DNA from: the human T2T-CHM13v2.0 reference genome, Homo sapiens
NCBI RefSeq assembly: GCF_009914755.1
Contig: NC_060937.1
Length of the DNA: 64,000 bases
Direction: 5' to 3' (one strand)
Shown: in pieces, positions 40,756 to 58,807 of the stretch
Layout of the letters: each line of letters begins with the position of its first letter
Numbering within the stretch: position 1 is the first letter of the stretch
Position numbers and translations under genes: made by a program
Notes under the pieces: generated by a model
Seen by the model: only the letters and a program-made list of their open reading frames with translations
Told to the model about the DNA's origin: nothing
Databases searched by the model: none

Positions 40756-41142
40756 CATACTTGTGGGTTTCCTTTGTTATTCCTTTAGTAAATTTTATTT
40801 TTGCCATGTAAATTATAAAATAACCGTTCTCCATAGTGAATGATGGATGTCTGTCTTATATTTTATGAGAATATAGCTGTACTCCTCATAGTTCCTGGAT
40901 CACACACTTCTTCTGTACCCTTGCTTTTCAAAATTAGGAAACCAAGGAGTCTCCGTTTTGGGGACTCCTGGCTTTCAGCATGTCAAGCTGTTTATTCTTT
41001 TTTTATTTTATTTCTTACCCTCAGAGCCAGCAGCTTAACTACCATTACTTTTTCCTTTCTGCGATTATTTTTCGATTTACCTTCAGATATTTTGTGAAAT
41101 AACCTTATCAATGTATGCATTTAATAAAATCTATTTCCTCTC

Positions 41143-41491
41143 TCATATGGTTTGGCTCTGTGTCCCCACCCAAATCTCATCTAGAATTTTAATCCCCATG
41201 TGCAAAGGGAGGAACCCGGTGGGAGGTGATTGGATGGTGGGGGCGGTTCCCCCATGCTATAGAGATAGTGAGTGAGTTCTCACAAGAGCTGATGGTTTTA
41301 TAAGGAGCTCTTCACTCTTCTCTCTCTGGTTGCCTTGTGTATAAGGTTCCTGCTTCCCCTTCTGCCATGATTGTAAGTTTCCTGAGACCTCCCCAGCCAT
41401 GTGGAACTGTGAGTCAATTAAACTTCTTTCCTTTATAAATTATCTAGTCTTGGGTAGTATCTTTACAGCAGTGTGAAAATGGACTAACACA
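41143..41491 (+). mobile_element. MSTA-like MaLR solo LTR
   Basis: ATATGGTTTGGCTCTGTGTCCCCACCCAAATCTCATC...GGACTAACACA; flanks CTCTC/CTCCC. Confidence 0.9.
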
Positions 41492-42807
41492 CTCCCCCTC
41501 AAAATAATGTGTGAATAAATTTATGTTGGCATCTTTTGGTGTCTTAAAATGGAGAATTTGCTATCTTGGAAATCAACTCATGAGCTACTCTATGAGGCAT
41601 AATTATGCTATCAGGAGCATATTTCTACCAATCATTACAAATTAACATCATCTTCCGTAGTCACCAGGAGGTGAACTGATAAACACTTCCAAGGATTTTA
41701 GCATCATTCACCTTTTTCTCTTAGCTTCTGTTCACAGAATCTGTTAGCTTATTTCCTTGTGTAGCCTGGGGTAGAAACTTCTCTAAAGGTTATAAAGAAC
41801 TCCTCACAGTTATTTTGGGATGTGATGGTCTCTTTTAACAATTGTATACTGTGCTGACATGCCTCTTCAGAAATTGTATTCTAGTTATAAAAGAGCACAT
41901 TTTTATAATTAGGATAATAATTGTATCCTAATTATTATTATGAAGGGAATAATAATACTTACCAATGTGGAACTCAGAAGACTAATATTTTAACTCTCTT
42001 TTTTTCCTTCCTCATCCTCCAAGTGATGATAAAAGTGAATAAAGGAATGCAACAACAAAAAAATCCTTTGTTGAACACTGCAATGGAATATTGGCCAACA
42101 ATATTGCATTGAATTGCAACGAATATTTGTCAATGCTTGACAAATGTCTGTGTGATAAAGTTCATGGAAGAAAATAATGAGAGAAAAACTAATAAGCTTA
42201 CAGTTGGCTGTAACTTGTAAAAGAAAACTTGCTCCAGAAATAAGGACTGTCACCCTCAGTACAGTTTTACTAACACCTTTTGGCTCAGAATTATAGAAGC
42301 CTGTAGAGAGGGTGGGCCATGAGACAATAAGAGTGGAAAGTATTGACTGTATTGATGTATTTTAAAGTGCTCCATATATTGGAATTTACAAAGTATATGT
42401 ACTCTAACAAGGCTGGCATGCTATGTAAAGCAGGTCTCCTGCTAAAATTGCCCACAATGAAGTCAGGAGTACTAGCTGGAGAAGGAAGCATCACCCTGGA
42501 GCCAACAGAAACACAGTAATGAAAATGGGATGGAGCCTTGAAACGTCCAGCACCTTTCTGATGATGATCCTTCCCTATACCACTGGGACTCCTGAGTCTC
42601 TCAGCGCTACAGAAGCATTACAAAAAACAAAAACTTAATATCCCTTTCTAGGCCTAGAAGCTGACAATAGAAAACCTACAAATTCTGACAAACTCAATCT
42701 CAACTCCAAATACTTTGTAAGACAGATAGCTTTGGTAAGGTGCGTATAAAAATAGAAAAATAATTGGATTTGTAAAAAGCAAACTCAGTATTTTACTCTT
42801 AAATATA

Positions 42808-43519
<712 letters not shown>

Positions 43520-44069
43520 GAAAAGCACAGCAAAAAAGTACCTCCTTAACTTGAATTCACACCTTATGTTGGATTCATAAAGACAAAACTGCACCGTCTT
43601 GAAAAATAATCTGGGAACAAGAAATAATTCTTGGTAAAAATCATGGATTTCTTGATACAGTGAAGTCTGTGAAAGGTAGGCTAAATATAAAAACTATTCT
43701 CAGAAATATAGAAGACACATTACTGAATCAGACTTGAAATGGTATAGTGTACTGGTTAAGTGCATGAGTTTTGGAGCCACACTGTCAGGGCTCATGTCTC
43801 AGCTTTTTAGTAGACATTTGTATTATTGCTTCGTGGCTGTTTTTATTATTGAAATGGTATATATTTTGGTAAAATCTTTGAATTTAAAGGATTAAAAAAT
43901 CATTAAGGCTTATAGTCTAAGGAAAATAGGTTATTAAATGGCCAAAAGCCAGGTTGATATTGGACTTCTCCACAATGCTGTAAACTGGGAGATACAGACT
44001 TTGGAAGGGAAATATACATAAGACAGTAGGCATTCTTGGATATACATAGGCTTAAGAAGCCTACTATGT

Positions 44070-44412
44070 ATGGAGAGTAGGATGGTGGTTACCAGTAGAG
44101 GGGGGGTGTGGGGTGTGAATGTGGAAAGAGAGAATGTTGGTCAAAGGCTACAATGTTTCAGTTAGGAGGAATAAGTTCTAGGGATCTATTGCACAGCATG
44201 GGGACTATAATGTATTGTGTATTTCAAAATTGGGAAAAGAGTGGATTTTAAATATTCTCACCTCAAAAAATGATAAGTATGTGAGGTTAGAGATATGTTA
44301 ATTAACCTGATTTAATTATTCCACAATGTATACAGGTATGTGAATGTTTTGTGCTCACATTGTAGCCCACAAATATATATAATTACTATTTTTCAATTAG
44401 AGATAAAAATAA
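44070..44412 (+). mobile_element. L1MA 3' fragment
   Basis: GAGAGTAGGATGGTGGTTACCAG...GATCTATTGCACAGCATG; degenerate TSD AAGAAG(C/T)CTA(C/T)TAT. Confidence 0.85.
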
Positions 44413-44888
44413 AAGAAGTCTATTATATGCATACAATTTATTTTTTAAACTTAAAAGTTTCCAATTCAACTGAGAAATAGTTACAATTAAAATATTCATT
44501 CACAATGCATACTTGGAATAAAGTGACCAGTGACAGAAGAAAAACAGGTCATTTTAGTTATTTTGGGAAACAAAGAAGATTCCTGATCTCAAGTTTATGT
44601 AATTGTTTTGAAAAATGATTCTAAATCATAAATCTGATGTTGAATTTCTGGAGGTAATCAGGAAGTGGAACTCTTGCACTGTAGTGGATCAGGATAGGAC
44701 CTCATAGTAACTGATAGGTTTTATCCAGAGCAGGTTTCTGAGGATTTACGGGATCCTGGGGACACATGGTGGCAAATACATCAGTTTCATCATGACATTC
44801 CTTGACCTTCTTAGGACAAGAATGACTTTTTTTTTTGGTGGTGGTGGGGCGGGGTTGGTGGTCGAAGACTGGCAGAATCCAGTACTGC

Positions 44889-45258
<370 letters not shown>

Positions 45259-46900
45259 TAGCATCCCAAGGGCTTAGGAAATACTGGGCCCAGTGTGAAG
45301 GCTGGCAATCTGGTATGGGTTGGGAGAAGAAATTGACCCCATTGCTGGAACTGAAAGAGAGAGCAGGAACATAATCTACTTGCTGGAATTCAGGTAAGAG
45401 AGTAAGTCAGGACAAGCAAAGGTACTAATTAAAAATGTTGAACCAATACAGAATTAATTTTGGGGACTTAGTTAAACCCTTGACTAGGATTCAATTAATA
45501 CTAGAATCTGGGGTGTAATGAAGGCTGCAGGTAGAAATAGGGTAGCTCAGTTGAATCAAGGGAAGATATCTAAGTAGACTGTTAATTTTTAAATGAACTG
45601 TTTATTTTTCATTTAAAATGGAAGATTTATGTTTGTATAAGGAAAGCAAATATCATTTCTTGACAGCCTGCTATATACCAGGTACTTGCTAGTATTTAAT
45701 GTATTTAGATATAATAGCAGAACTTTTCTCTAAGACATGTAACCAATTTCAAAGTGCTTTTCACCTTATTTCTTTGTTTTGAATTTCAGTCTTTAGGTTA
45801 GCATGGTTTCACAGGTGGTCTCCTATTTCATAATTTACCTATTTCCTGGGTGAACTAGAATAGTGTGTGATATGGTTAGGCTTTGTGCCCCTACCCAAAT
45901 CTCATCTTGAATTGTAATCTCCAAGTGTTTAGGAAGAGACCTGGTGGGAAGTGATTGGATCATGGGAGCAGTTTCCCCCATGCTCTTCTCATGATAGTGA
46001 GTGAATTCTCATGAGGTCTGATGGTTCTATAAGGGGCTTTTCCCCCTTCACTGTTCACTGTTCTCTCTTTCTCATCTGCCACCATTCAAGATGTGCCTCT
46101 TTCCCTTCTGCCATGATTGTAAGTTTCCTGAGGCCTCCCCAGCCATGTGGAACTGTGAGTCAATTAAACTTCTTTTCTTTATAAATTACCTAGTCTTGGG
46201 TATGTCTTTATAGCAGTGTGAAAATTGATGAATACAATAAATGGATACCATGGAGAGTGGGACACTGCTATAAAGATACCTGAAAATGTGGAAGCGACTT
46301 TGGAACTAGGTAATGGGCAGAGGTTGGAACAGTTTGGAGGGCTCAGAAGAAGACAGGAAGATGTGGGAAAGTTTGGAGCTTCCTGGAGACTTGTTGAATG
46401 GTTTTGATCAAAATGCTGATAGTGATGTGAACAAGGAAGTCTAGGCTAAGGTGGTCTTAGATGGAGATGAGGGACTTATTGGGAACTGAAGCAAAGGTCA
46501 CTCTTGCTATGCTTCAGCATTTTGCCCCTGACCTAGAGATCTGTGGAACTTTGAACTTGAGAGAGATGATCTGAAATTGAAACTTATCTTTAAAAGGGAA
46601 ACAGAGCATAAAATGCTGGAAAATTTGCAGCCTAACAATGTGGTAGAAAAGAAAAACTAATTTTCTGGGGAGAAATTCAAGCCAGCTGCAGAAATTTGCA
46701 TAAGTAATGAGGAGCCAAATGTTAACCACCAAGACAACGGGGAAAATGTCTCTACGGCATGTCAGAGACCTTCCCGGTAGCCCCTCCCGTCACAGGCCTG
46801 GAGTCCTACAGGGGAAAATTGGTTTAGTGGGTAGGGCCCAGGGCTCTGCTGCTGTGTGCAGCATCAGGACTTGGTGCCCCTGCTCCAGCTCCAGCCATGG

Positions 46901-47441
46901 CATATTAGGGTTCTCTAGAGGGAAATAATAGGAGAGATGTATATATAAAAGGGAGTTTATTAAACAGTATTGACTCACACAATCACAAGGTGAAGTCCCA
47001 CAGTAGGCCATCTGCAAACTGAGGAGCCAGGAAGCCAGTTTGAGTCCCAAAACCTAAAAGTAGGGAAGCCAACAGTGCAGCCTTCAGTCTGTGGCCAAAG
47101 GCCCCAGAGCCCCTAGCAAATCACTGGTGTAGGTTCAAGAGTCCAAAAGCTGAATAGCTTGGAGTTTAATGTTTGAGGGCAGGAAGCATCCATCATGGGA
47201 GAAAGATGGAGGCCAGAAGACTTAGCCTGTCTAGTCCTTCCATATTCCTCTGCCTGCTTTTATCCTAGCCATGCTGGCAGCTGATTAGATGGTGCCCACC
47301 AAGATTGAGGGTGGGTCTGTCTCTCCTAGTCCACTGATTCAAATGTTAATCTCCTTTGGCAGTACCCACACAGACACCTCCAGGAACAATATTTTGCATC
47401 CTTCAATCCAGTCAAGTTGACACTAAATATTAACCATCACA
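46901..47441 (-). mobile_element. MLT2A-type (HERV-L) solo LTR nested in the MaLR internal region
   Basis: AGGGTTCTCTAGAGGGA, GGGAGTTTATTAA, GCTGATTAGATGGTGCCCACC, ends TATTAACCATCACA. Confidence 0.88.
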
Positions 47442-48348
47442 TGTGCCTAAAAGGGGCCAATGTACAACTCAGGCTGTTGCTTCAGAGGGTGCAAGTCCCA
47501 AGCCTTGGCAGCATCCATGTGGTATTGGACCCGTGGATGGGAAGTCAGTGGGAACCTTGGCCTAGATTTCAGGAGCTGTATGGAAATGCCTGGATGTCCA
47601 GGCAGAAGTTTGCTGCAGAAATGGAGCCCTCGTGGAGAACCTCTGCTAGGACAGTGCAGAAGGAAAATGTGGGCTTGGAGCCCCCACACAGAGTCTCCAC
47701 TGGGGCACTGCCTAGTGCAGCTGTGAGAAGAGGGCTGCAGTCTTCTAGACCCTGGAATGGTAGATCTGCTGACAACTTGCACCATGAGCCTGGAGAAGTC
47801 ACAGACACTCAATGCCAGCCTGTGAAAGCAGCCAGGAGGGGTGTTGCACCCTGTGAAGCCACAGGGACAGAGCTGCCCAAGACCATGGGATCCCACCTCT
47901 TGCATCAGTGTGACCTTGATGTGAGACATGGAGTCAAATGAGATCTTTTTGGAGTTTTTAAGTTTTAATGCCTTCCCTGACTGGTTTCATACTTGTATGG
48001 GGCCAGTAACCTCTTTGTTTTGGCTAATTTCTCCCATTTGGAATGAGAACATTTACCCAATGCCTGTAATCCCACTGTGTCTTGGAAGTAACTAACTTGT
48101 TTTTGATTTTACAGGCTCATAGATAAAAGGGACTTGCCTTTTCTCAGATGAGACTTGGACTTTTGAGTTAATGCTGAAATGAGTTAAGACTTTGGGGGAC
48201 TGTTGGGAGGCATGTTTGGTTTTGAAATGTGAGGACATGAGATTTGGGAGGAGCCAGGGGTGGAATTATATGGTTTGGCTGTGTCCCCACCTAAAATTTC
48301 ATCTTGAATTGATGTCCCCAGGTGTTGATGGAGAGACCTGGGGGGAAG

Positions 48349-48359
48349 TGATTAGGTTA
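48349..48359 (-). promoter_or_regulatory. DUX4 consensus motif in the MaLR 3' LTR
   Basis: TGATTAGGTTA = TAACCTAATCA on minus, exact match to TAAYYBAATCA. Confidence 0.55.
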
Positions 48360-48653
48360 TGGGGGCTGTTTCCCCCATGCTGTTCTCGTGATAGTGAGTG
48401 AATTCTCACAAGATCTGATGTTTTTTTAAATGGTAGTTTTTCCTGAGCTGACACACAGAGTCTCTCTTGCCTGATGCCATGTAAGACGTGCCTCTTCCCC
48501 TTCTGCCATGATTGTAAGTTTCCTGAGGCCTTCCCAGCCATGTGGAAATGTGAGTCAATTAAACCTCTCGTCTATACAAATTACCCAGTCTTGAGTATGT
48601 CTTTATAATAGTGTGAAAATGGACTAATACAATGTGTTTATTTGCTATCCTAT

Positions 48654-49189
48654 TGTTGCAGTTTCTTTGCTCCCATAGTTCAGTGAGTGTTACAGCTCTT
48701 TCACTCCCACAGTTTGGTGAGTTGTGAGTTCTTGTCTCATGACCAAGAGGAATGAGGCATGCAGTCACTGGAGAGTGAGTAAGGCAGAGTAGAATTTTTC
48801 TGAGTGACAGAAAGAAAGCCCTCAGCAGCAAGAGGAGACACAAAAGTGGGTTGCTGGCTGCAAGGTTGAGTCTGGGGTATTTATGGTTTTAGAATAGGGA
48901 AATGCATGCTGATTGGCTTATGGGTAGGCTTGGAAAAAAGCATCATTCAGAATGCGGTATGATAGTTTAAAGAACCAATCAGGAACTGAGGCTTGGTCTT
49001 GGACCTTGGCCCAGGACCACTCAGGGGCTGCGTGCACCAAACGAAAATGGAAGTTCTCAAGTCTGTGGACTCTATTCCAAACTGGTATGTTGGTGTTTAG
49101 GCTCCAGGCTGTCCTTGGCTTGAAGGTTGAGTTTCACTGGGGACCTGTCCCTGTCTACCTAGGAATTTGTCTGCCTCCTATCGCTATCA
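48654..49189 (-). mobile_element. ERV1 solo LTR (LTR27/LTR28-like)
   Basis: Minus strand starts TGATAGCGATAGGAGGCAGACAAATTCCTAGG; CCAAT boxes; exact 4-bp TSD CTAT (48650-48653, 49190-49193). Confidence 0.8.
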
Positions 49190-49355
49190 CTATTTAATTA
49201 TTTGATGAGAACTTCCTGTATTCTTTTTTTAAATCTCGAAATTCAAGAAATTTGAAAGGATTTTTTTTTTTTTGTTAATGTGAAGTTTTAAGTGATTCTA
49301 AGGGAACACGTGCTTATTTGAACATAAAGCTTTTCTAGGGACATTTTTTGTATAG

Positions 49356-49747
<392 letters not shown>

Positions 49748-50539
49748 ATGAACATCTGTTTTAATAAAAAAACTTTAGTTACTCTTCAAGGCAACTCATA
49801 GACTAATACAGATGACTGGATTTTTTTTCATGCTTTTTTTGTTTGTCTTTAACAAACACCAGTTAGTTGCTGGATAAAGGAGAAATATTACATGGTCTAT
49901 GTCCCCAAGAAGGTGACAGTTTAGAGGAGAGAAGGAGATAGGAAATAAAATTATAAAAAGTTCTGTAGGATATGATACTGATTGGAAGAGGTTTGAATGG
50001 GGATCCAAGTAGAGATTGGTTAATTCTAACATAGGCCCTCAGAAAAGAATGACCTGAATATGGAAAGATGATAGAATGTTTAGTAGAAGGATTGGAAGAA
50101 GAGAGATGTCAAGGGTATTCTCACCTGGGCGAGAAATAGTATAAAGTTATGGAAGTGATGGAACAACACTGTGATCAGAGGATTCCAGGTGAGTTAGTGG
50201 CACTAGAGTTGATGGTGTGAGACAGAGAAAAGGTCAGTGGCTCTCAATATTCATTATGCAAAACAAACACTTGTGGTAACTTTTAGAAATAAAGATACCC
50301 AAGACATCCTGATTCAACTTGTTTGGGAATCTTTATTTTCATCGAAGCAGTTTGCCTTCTCCTCTTCCATGGTTATGATGGAAGTATCCGTAGACCACTT
50401 TTAAAATTTTAGAAACACTATGTGAGGAGCAAGGATACATGGAAGAGCTTTAAGCTGGGATAGCACAGTCATATTTCTGTGTTAGATTATACACTCTGGC
50501 AGCAGTATAAAAGATAAAAGAGTGCAAGAGTCAAGAAAC

Positions 50540-51320
50540 TATGTTTTTAGGGAACAGGCCAAAATGCTACAACAGAGACCATAATATACAGTGGCTTAAA
50601 TAACATTTTTCTTTTTCTTTTTGATACCTTCAAGAGTTGAACAGCCCAGGGCTACCATGGAGACTGTACCACACTGGATATGTGGCTTCTAAGGTTCCTC
50701 TAGAAACCCATAAGGAAAAAAGAGGATGGTGGGAACAGGAGAAATTTTAGCACAAATATTTTTAAGGAGATGCCATGAGATTTATAACTGTTTGACCTGA
50801 CTATAGTCAGATGGGCATACCTTGGGTCCAGGATTAGCCACACTGATAGCCAACTGTGCCCTTGGGAAGACAAATCCTAGTTGGCTTAAACCAGTCAACA
50901 TACCTCATGTTTTGGCCATAGTGCTTGTTTAGGTATGGACTCTTAAGCCAATAAAGTCAACAAAATATGAAGAGAAGTTTTCTGGGACTTCTGAGAGAAG
51001 TTTTTCTTCCTCTGTAAAGACTGGATTAAGGATACTTTCTCTTCTTCTGAGTGGTGTGGACTGAATCACAGCAGCCATTGTGCTACTTGAGGCAGAGTTT
51101 TTGAGGGTGCTCACCATAAAGAAACTCAGGATGAAGCAAAATCTGTGGGTGGAGAGGCGGAGAGGAAGAAGCCTTCTGTAAAACTGTTTAAGCATCTATG
51201 TCAAGGGTAACTAACATTATACTCACTCTATACTTTTAGTTTTCTAGACTGATGAAATCCCTCATGATTTTTGCCAATTTGGGTTAGATTTTTGTTTATT
51301 TTTATTTGCAAGCATCTGGG
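50540..51320. mobile_element. Old MLT1-type LTR fragments
   Basis: CAGTGGCTTAAATAACA and CAGCAGCCATTGTGCTAC..GAGG, TTTTTATTTGCAA MLT1-like motifs; boundaries unclear. Confidence 0.4.
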
Positions 51321-51406
51321 CAACACGATTTCCATTAATGTGCGTGTTAAACATGGTGGCAGTGGGGGTTCCCTATTATAGAGCTGGTGATATGCCAAGT
51401 AATAGA

Positions 51407-51707
51407 ATTGACTGATTGATTGAGACAGGGTCTCACTGTGTTACATAGGCTGGAGTGCAGGGGCGTGATCACAGCTTACTGCAGCCTTGACCTCTTGGGC
51501 TCAAGCAATCCTCTCACCTCAGTCTTCTAAGTAGCTGGGACCACAGGTGCATGCTACCATGCCTGACTAATTTTTCTATTTTTTGTAGAGATGGGATTTT
51601 GTTTGCCATGCTGCCCAGGTTGGTCTCAAACTCCTGGGCTCAAGCAATCCTCTTGCCTAGGCCTCCCAAAGTGCTGGGATTACAGGTATGAGCCACTGTG
51701 CCCAGCC
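51407..51707 (-). mobile_element. AluJ with (TTGA)n tail
   Basis: ATTGACTGATTGATTGAGACAGGGTCTCAC...GCCACTGTGCCCAGCC. Confidence 0.95.
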
Positions 51708-52713
51708 TACAGTTTATTTTCAATACATTATTTATTTCTGGGCACACAAAAGCCGTGGTGATTGAGATGGGACAGTTTTGAGTGTCAGTCATGATTCTGT
51801 ACTCAAAACCACTCTGCCTCCCCACCCACGATTTCTACATCTGGTTTATTTGACTGGATTTTCCACTCTTGTGTATTTCAGGGTTCCTAGATCTTTCTGT
51901 ATAATGTGTCGATCAATCTGTCTTCTCCTACTACCTTCTTAATAGTATATTAGCTATTCATTGGGTCTCAGAAAATAATTAAAACAGAAAATGTAGAGAG
52001 CTCAGATGGTTTTCCTTCCATTTCTCTACTTCATTTGCTGTATTTTGTCTCCATGGTGAAATAGAATAGGCACTTCTCTCCTAATTATATATAAAACACT
52101 CTGACCACAAACAGATTATACTCTGTGTTACAATTATAAATTCCCAGGTGAAAAAATCCAATTGGTTCTGTCTGAGTCATATGTTCCCCTTCAGGTCAAC
52201 AAACTAATCAGAGGTGTGGGTTCACATTACACACATATGGCTGGCAAGTGCTTCTCCCATGGACGGGGATGTTGAGAGAGCTGTTCTCAGAGAAAATGGG
52301 GTTATTATGAGGTGGGCTGATGCCAAAGGAAGTATCTGTTGTAGCTTGATAAATAATTTTGGTCTGAGCTACATTTATCGTTGAAGGTTTCTTTCCATCT
52401 CACCTCTAACTTCATTACCAGCAAGGTCTTTAGTGTGTATAGATCAGTTGAAGCAAATCGATCCTTGAAAAGCAAGAGGTAATGCTTAATTTCATGTGCC
52501 AGATAGTTCAGAATATCTTCTTCAGCCCGGATTGCAGGAGCTGTGCCATGTGGGTATGGTTTCATTTAGAGAAATAATGTGGGTTGTTGGTTATTGAGAT
52601 AGTCTTTCTGGTGAGTTGGCAAAAAAATATAATTTGAGGTCTCTTTTAAAACTTAGGGGATGAGACTGCAGTTAATTTTCTCATCCCTCATGTAGCTAGA
52701 TATGCTGCTTCCA

Positions 52714-52714
52714 C

Positions 52715-52776
<62 letters not shown>
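52714..52776. repeat. Compound (CTG)8(TG)~20 microsatellite
   Basis: Counted directly. Confidence 0.95.
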
Positions 52777-52780
<4 letters not shown>

Positions 52781-53943
52781 TTAGGCCTTTTGTCTTCTAA
52801 GCTGGTTAACCTGTAGCAGAATGTTACTTGTTGACTCCAAATTCATGACTTCAAGTTTGAGAAGATATTCTGTTTAGCATAGTTGGCTTGAATTAATGAA
52901 CACAGAAAATATCCTTTCATATTAGATATGCTTGTGATTGGTTATAAAAGTTAAAACTTAAGTATGTGGTTTTGTATGAACATTAATCAACCATTGCTGG
53001 AAAAACTGTACTCAATCTGTTGAAGGATCAGTGATACCATTTATATATATGAGGGGCAGTATTAGCTCTTCTATCTGTGAATATTATGTTGACCTTATTT
53101 GTCCGAATTTATCGGTTGCCAAGTGTTACTTATTTTTATTGAATCCAGAACAATAAAAACTCATAAGAGCTAAATACTTAATACTTTTCTGATTTTTTTC
53201 ATTTTAATGAATAATATCAATATATACTTTTATAGGACAGTGCCTGTATTTTGTGAAGTAAAAACACAAATCTCTAAATTACAGCAGTATATTGTTAAGG
53301 AAAAATATTTGTAAAAATATAAATACAATAGCCATAAATGCTATTCCAAATGGTTTACTGAACCAGTTTTTTGTGTCCTCAGCAATGTGCTCCTCTTATA
53401 TATATTTAAAATGATCTCATTCATTTTGAGCTAAGACGGTGCCTTATTAAGTTTCTTATAAAATATTATATGTGCCCTTAGGGAGAAAGGAAAGGAGGCT
53501 AACACTTTAATGAAGGCCTTTTGTTCCAGGTACTGTGGTAGTCACTTGGAAAGAAGACAAAGGTGGTTCTTATCCTGTTGGAGCTCATAGTCTTGGGAGA
53601 GAAGTAATAACAATTAATTACACATAAGCAAATGTTCAGGAAAGCAAAGTAAAACACTTGAATAAACCATACTTTTTCTTAAGTTTTTTTTTTCTCCTAC
53701 TCCATTGACTGCTTCTTCCCAGGCTCTTTTTTTTTTTAATTATTCTTTAAGTTTTAGGGTACATGTGCACAACATGCAGGTTTGTTACATATGTATACAT
53801 GTGCCATGTTGGTGTGCTGCACCCAGTAACTCGTCATTTAACATTAGGTATATCTCCAAATGCTATCCCTACCCCCTCCCCCCACCCCACAACAGGCCCC
53901 AGTGTGTGATGTTCCCCTTCCTGTGTCCATGTGTTCTCATTGT

Positions 53944-57754
<3,811 letters not shown>

Positions 57755-57817
57755 TATGATGTTAGCTGGTTATTTTGCTTGTTGGTTGATGCAGTTTCTT
57801 CCTAGCCTCGATGGTCT

Positions 57818-58807
57818 TTACAATTTGGCATGTTTTTGCAGTGGCTGGTACCAATTGTTCCTTTCCATGTTTAGTGCTTCCTTCGGGAGCTCTTTTAGGG
57901 CAGGCCTGGTGGTGACAAAATCTCTTAGCATTTGCTTGTCTGTAAAGTATTTTATTTCTCCTCATTTATGAAGCTTAGTTTGGTTGGATATGAAATTCTG
58001 GGTTGAAAATTCTTTTCTTTAAGAATGTTGAATATCGGCCCCCACTCTCTTCTGGCTTGTAGAGTTTCTGCCGAGATATCAGCTGTTAGTCTGATGGGCT
58101 TCCCTTTGCGGGTAACATTTTTTCCTTCATTTCAACTTTGGTGAATCTGACAATTATGTGTCTTGGAGTTGCTCTTCTCAAGGAGTATCTTTGTGGCGTT
58201 CTCTGTATTTCCTGAATTTGAATGTTGGCCTGCATTGCTAGACTGGGGAAGTTCTCCTGGATAATATCCTGCAGAGTGTTTTCCAACTTGGTTCCATTCT
58301 CCCCGTCACTTTCAGGTACACCAATCAGACATAGATTTGGTCTTTTCACATAGTCCCATATTTCTTGGAGGCTTTGTTCATTTCTTTTTATTCTTTTTTC
58401 TCTAAACTTCCCTTCCCTTCTCGCTTCATTTCATTCATTTGATCTTCCATCACTGGTACCTTTTCTTCCAGTTGATCACATCGGCTACTGAGGCTTGTGC
58501 ATTTGTCACGTAGTTCTCGTGCCTTGGTTTTCAGCTTCATCAGGTCCTTTAAGGACTTCTCTGCATTGGTTATTCTAGTTAACCATTCGTCTAATTTTTT
58601 TTCAAGGTTTTTAACTTCTTTGCCATGGGTTCGAACTTCCTCCTTTAGCTTGGAGTAGTTTGATTGTCTGAAGCCTTTTCTCAACTCATCAAAGTCATTC
58701 TCTGTCCAGCTTTGTTCCATTGCTGGTGAGAAGCTGCGTTCCTTTGGAGGAGGAGAGGCACTCTGATTTTTAGAGTTTCCAGTTTTTCTGCTCTGTTTTT
58801 TCCCCAT
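57818..58807 (-). pseudogene. L1 ORF1, disrupted
   Basis: MGKKQSRKTGNSK start; frameshift near 58410; deletion at 58116. Confidence 0.95.

Larger units (their letters stand above)
45868..48631 (+). mobile_element. Two-LTR MaLR (MST/THE1-type) provirus: LTR 45868-46236, internal region, LTR 48266-48631
   Basis: Two T(G/T)ATATGG...AATACA LTRs; internal GATACCTGAAAATGTGGAAGCGACTTTGGAACT; purine tract 48246-48265; TSD GTGTG/ATGTG. Confidence 0.92.

Noticed and set aside
47417-47941. 174-aa and 160-aa ORFs
   Set aside because: Decayed MaLR internal sequence beginning at the MLT2A junction; no sign of an independent gene
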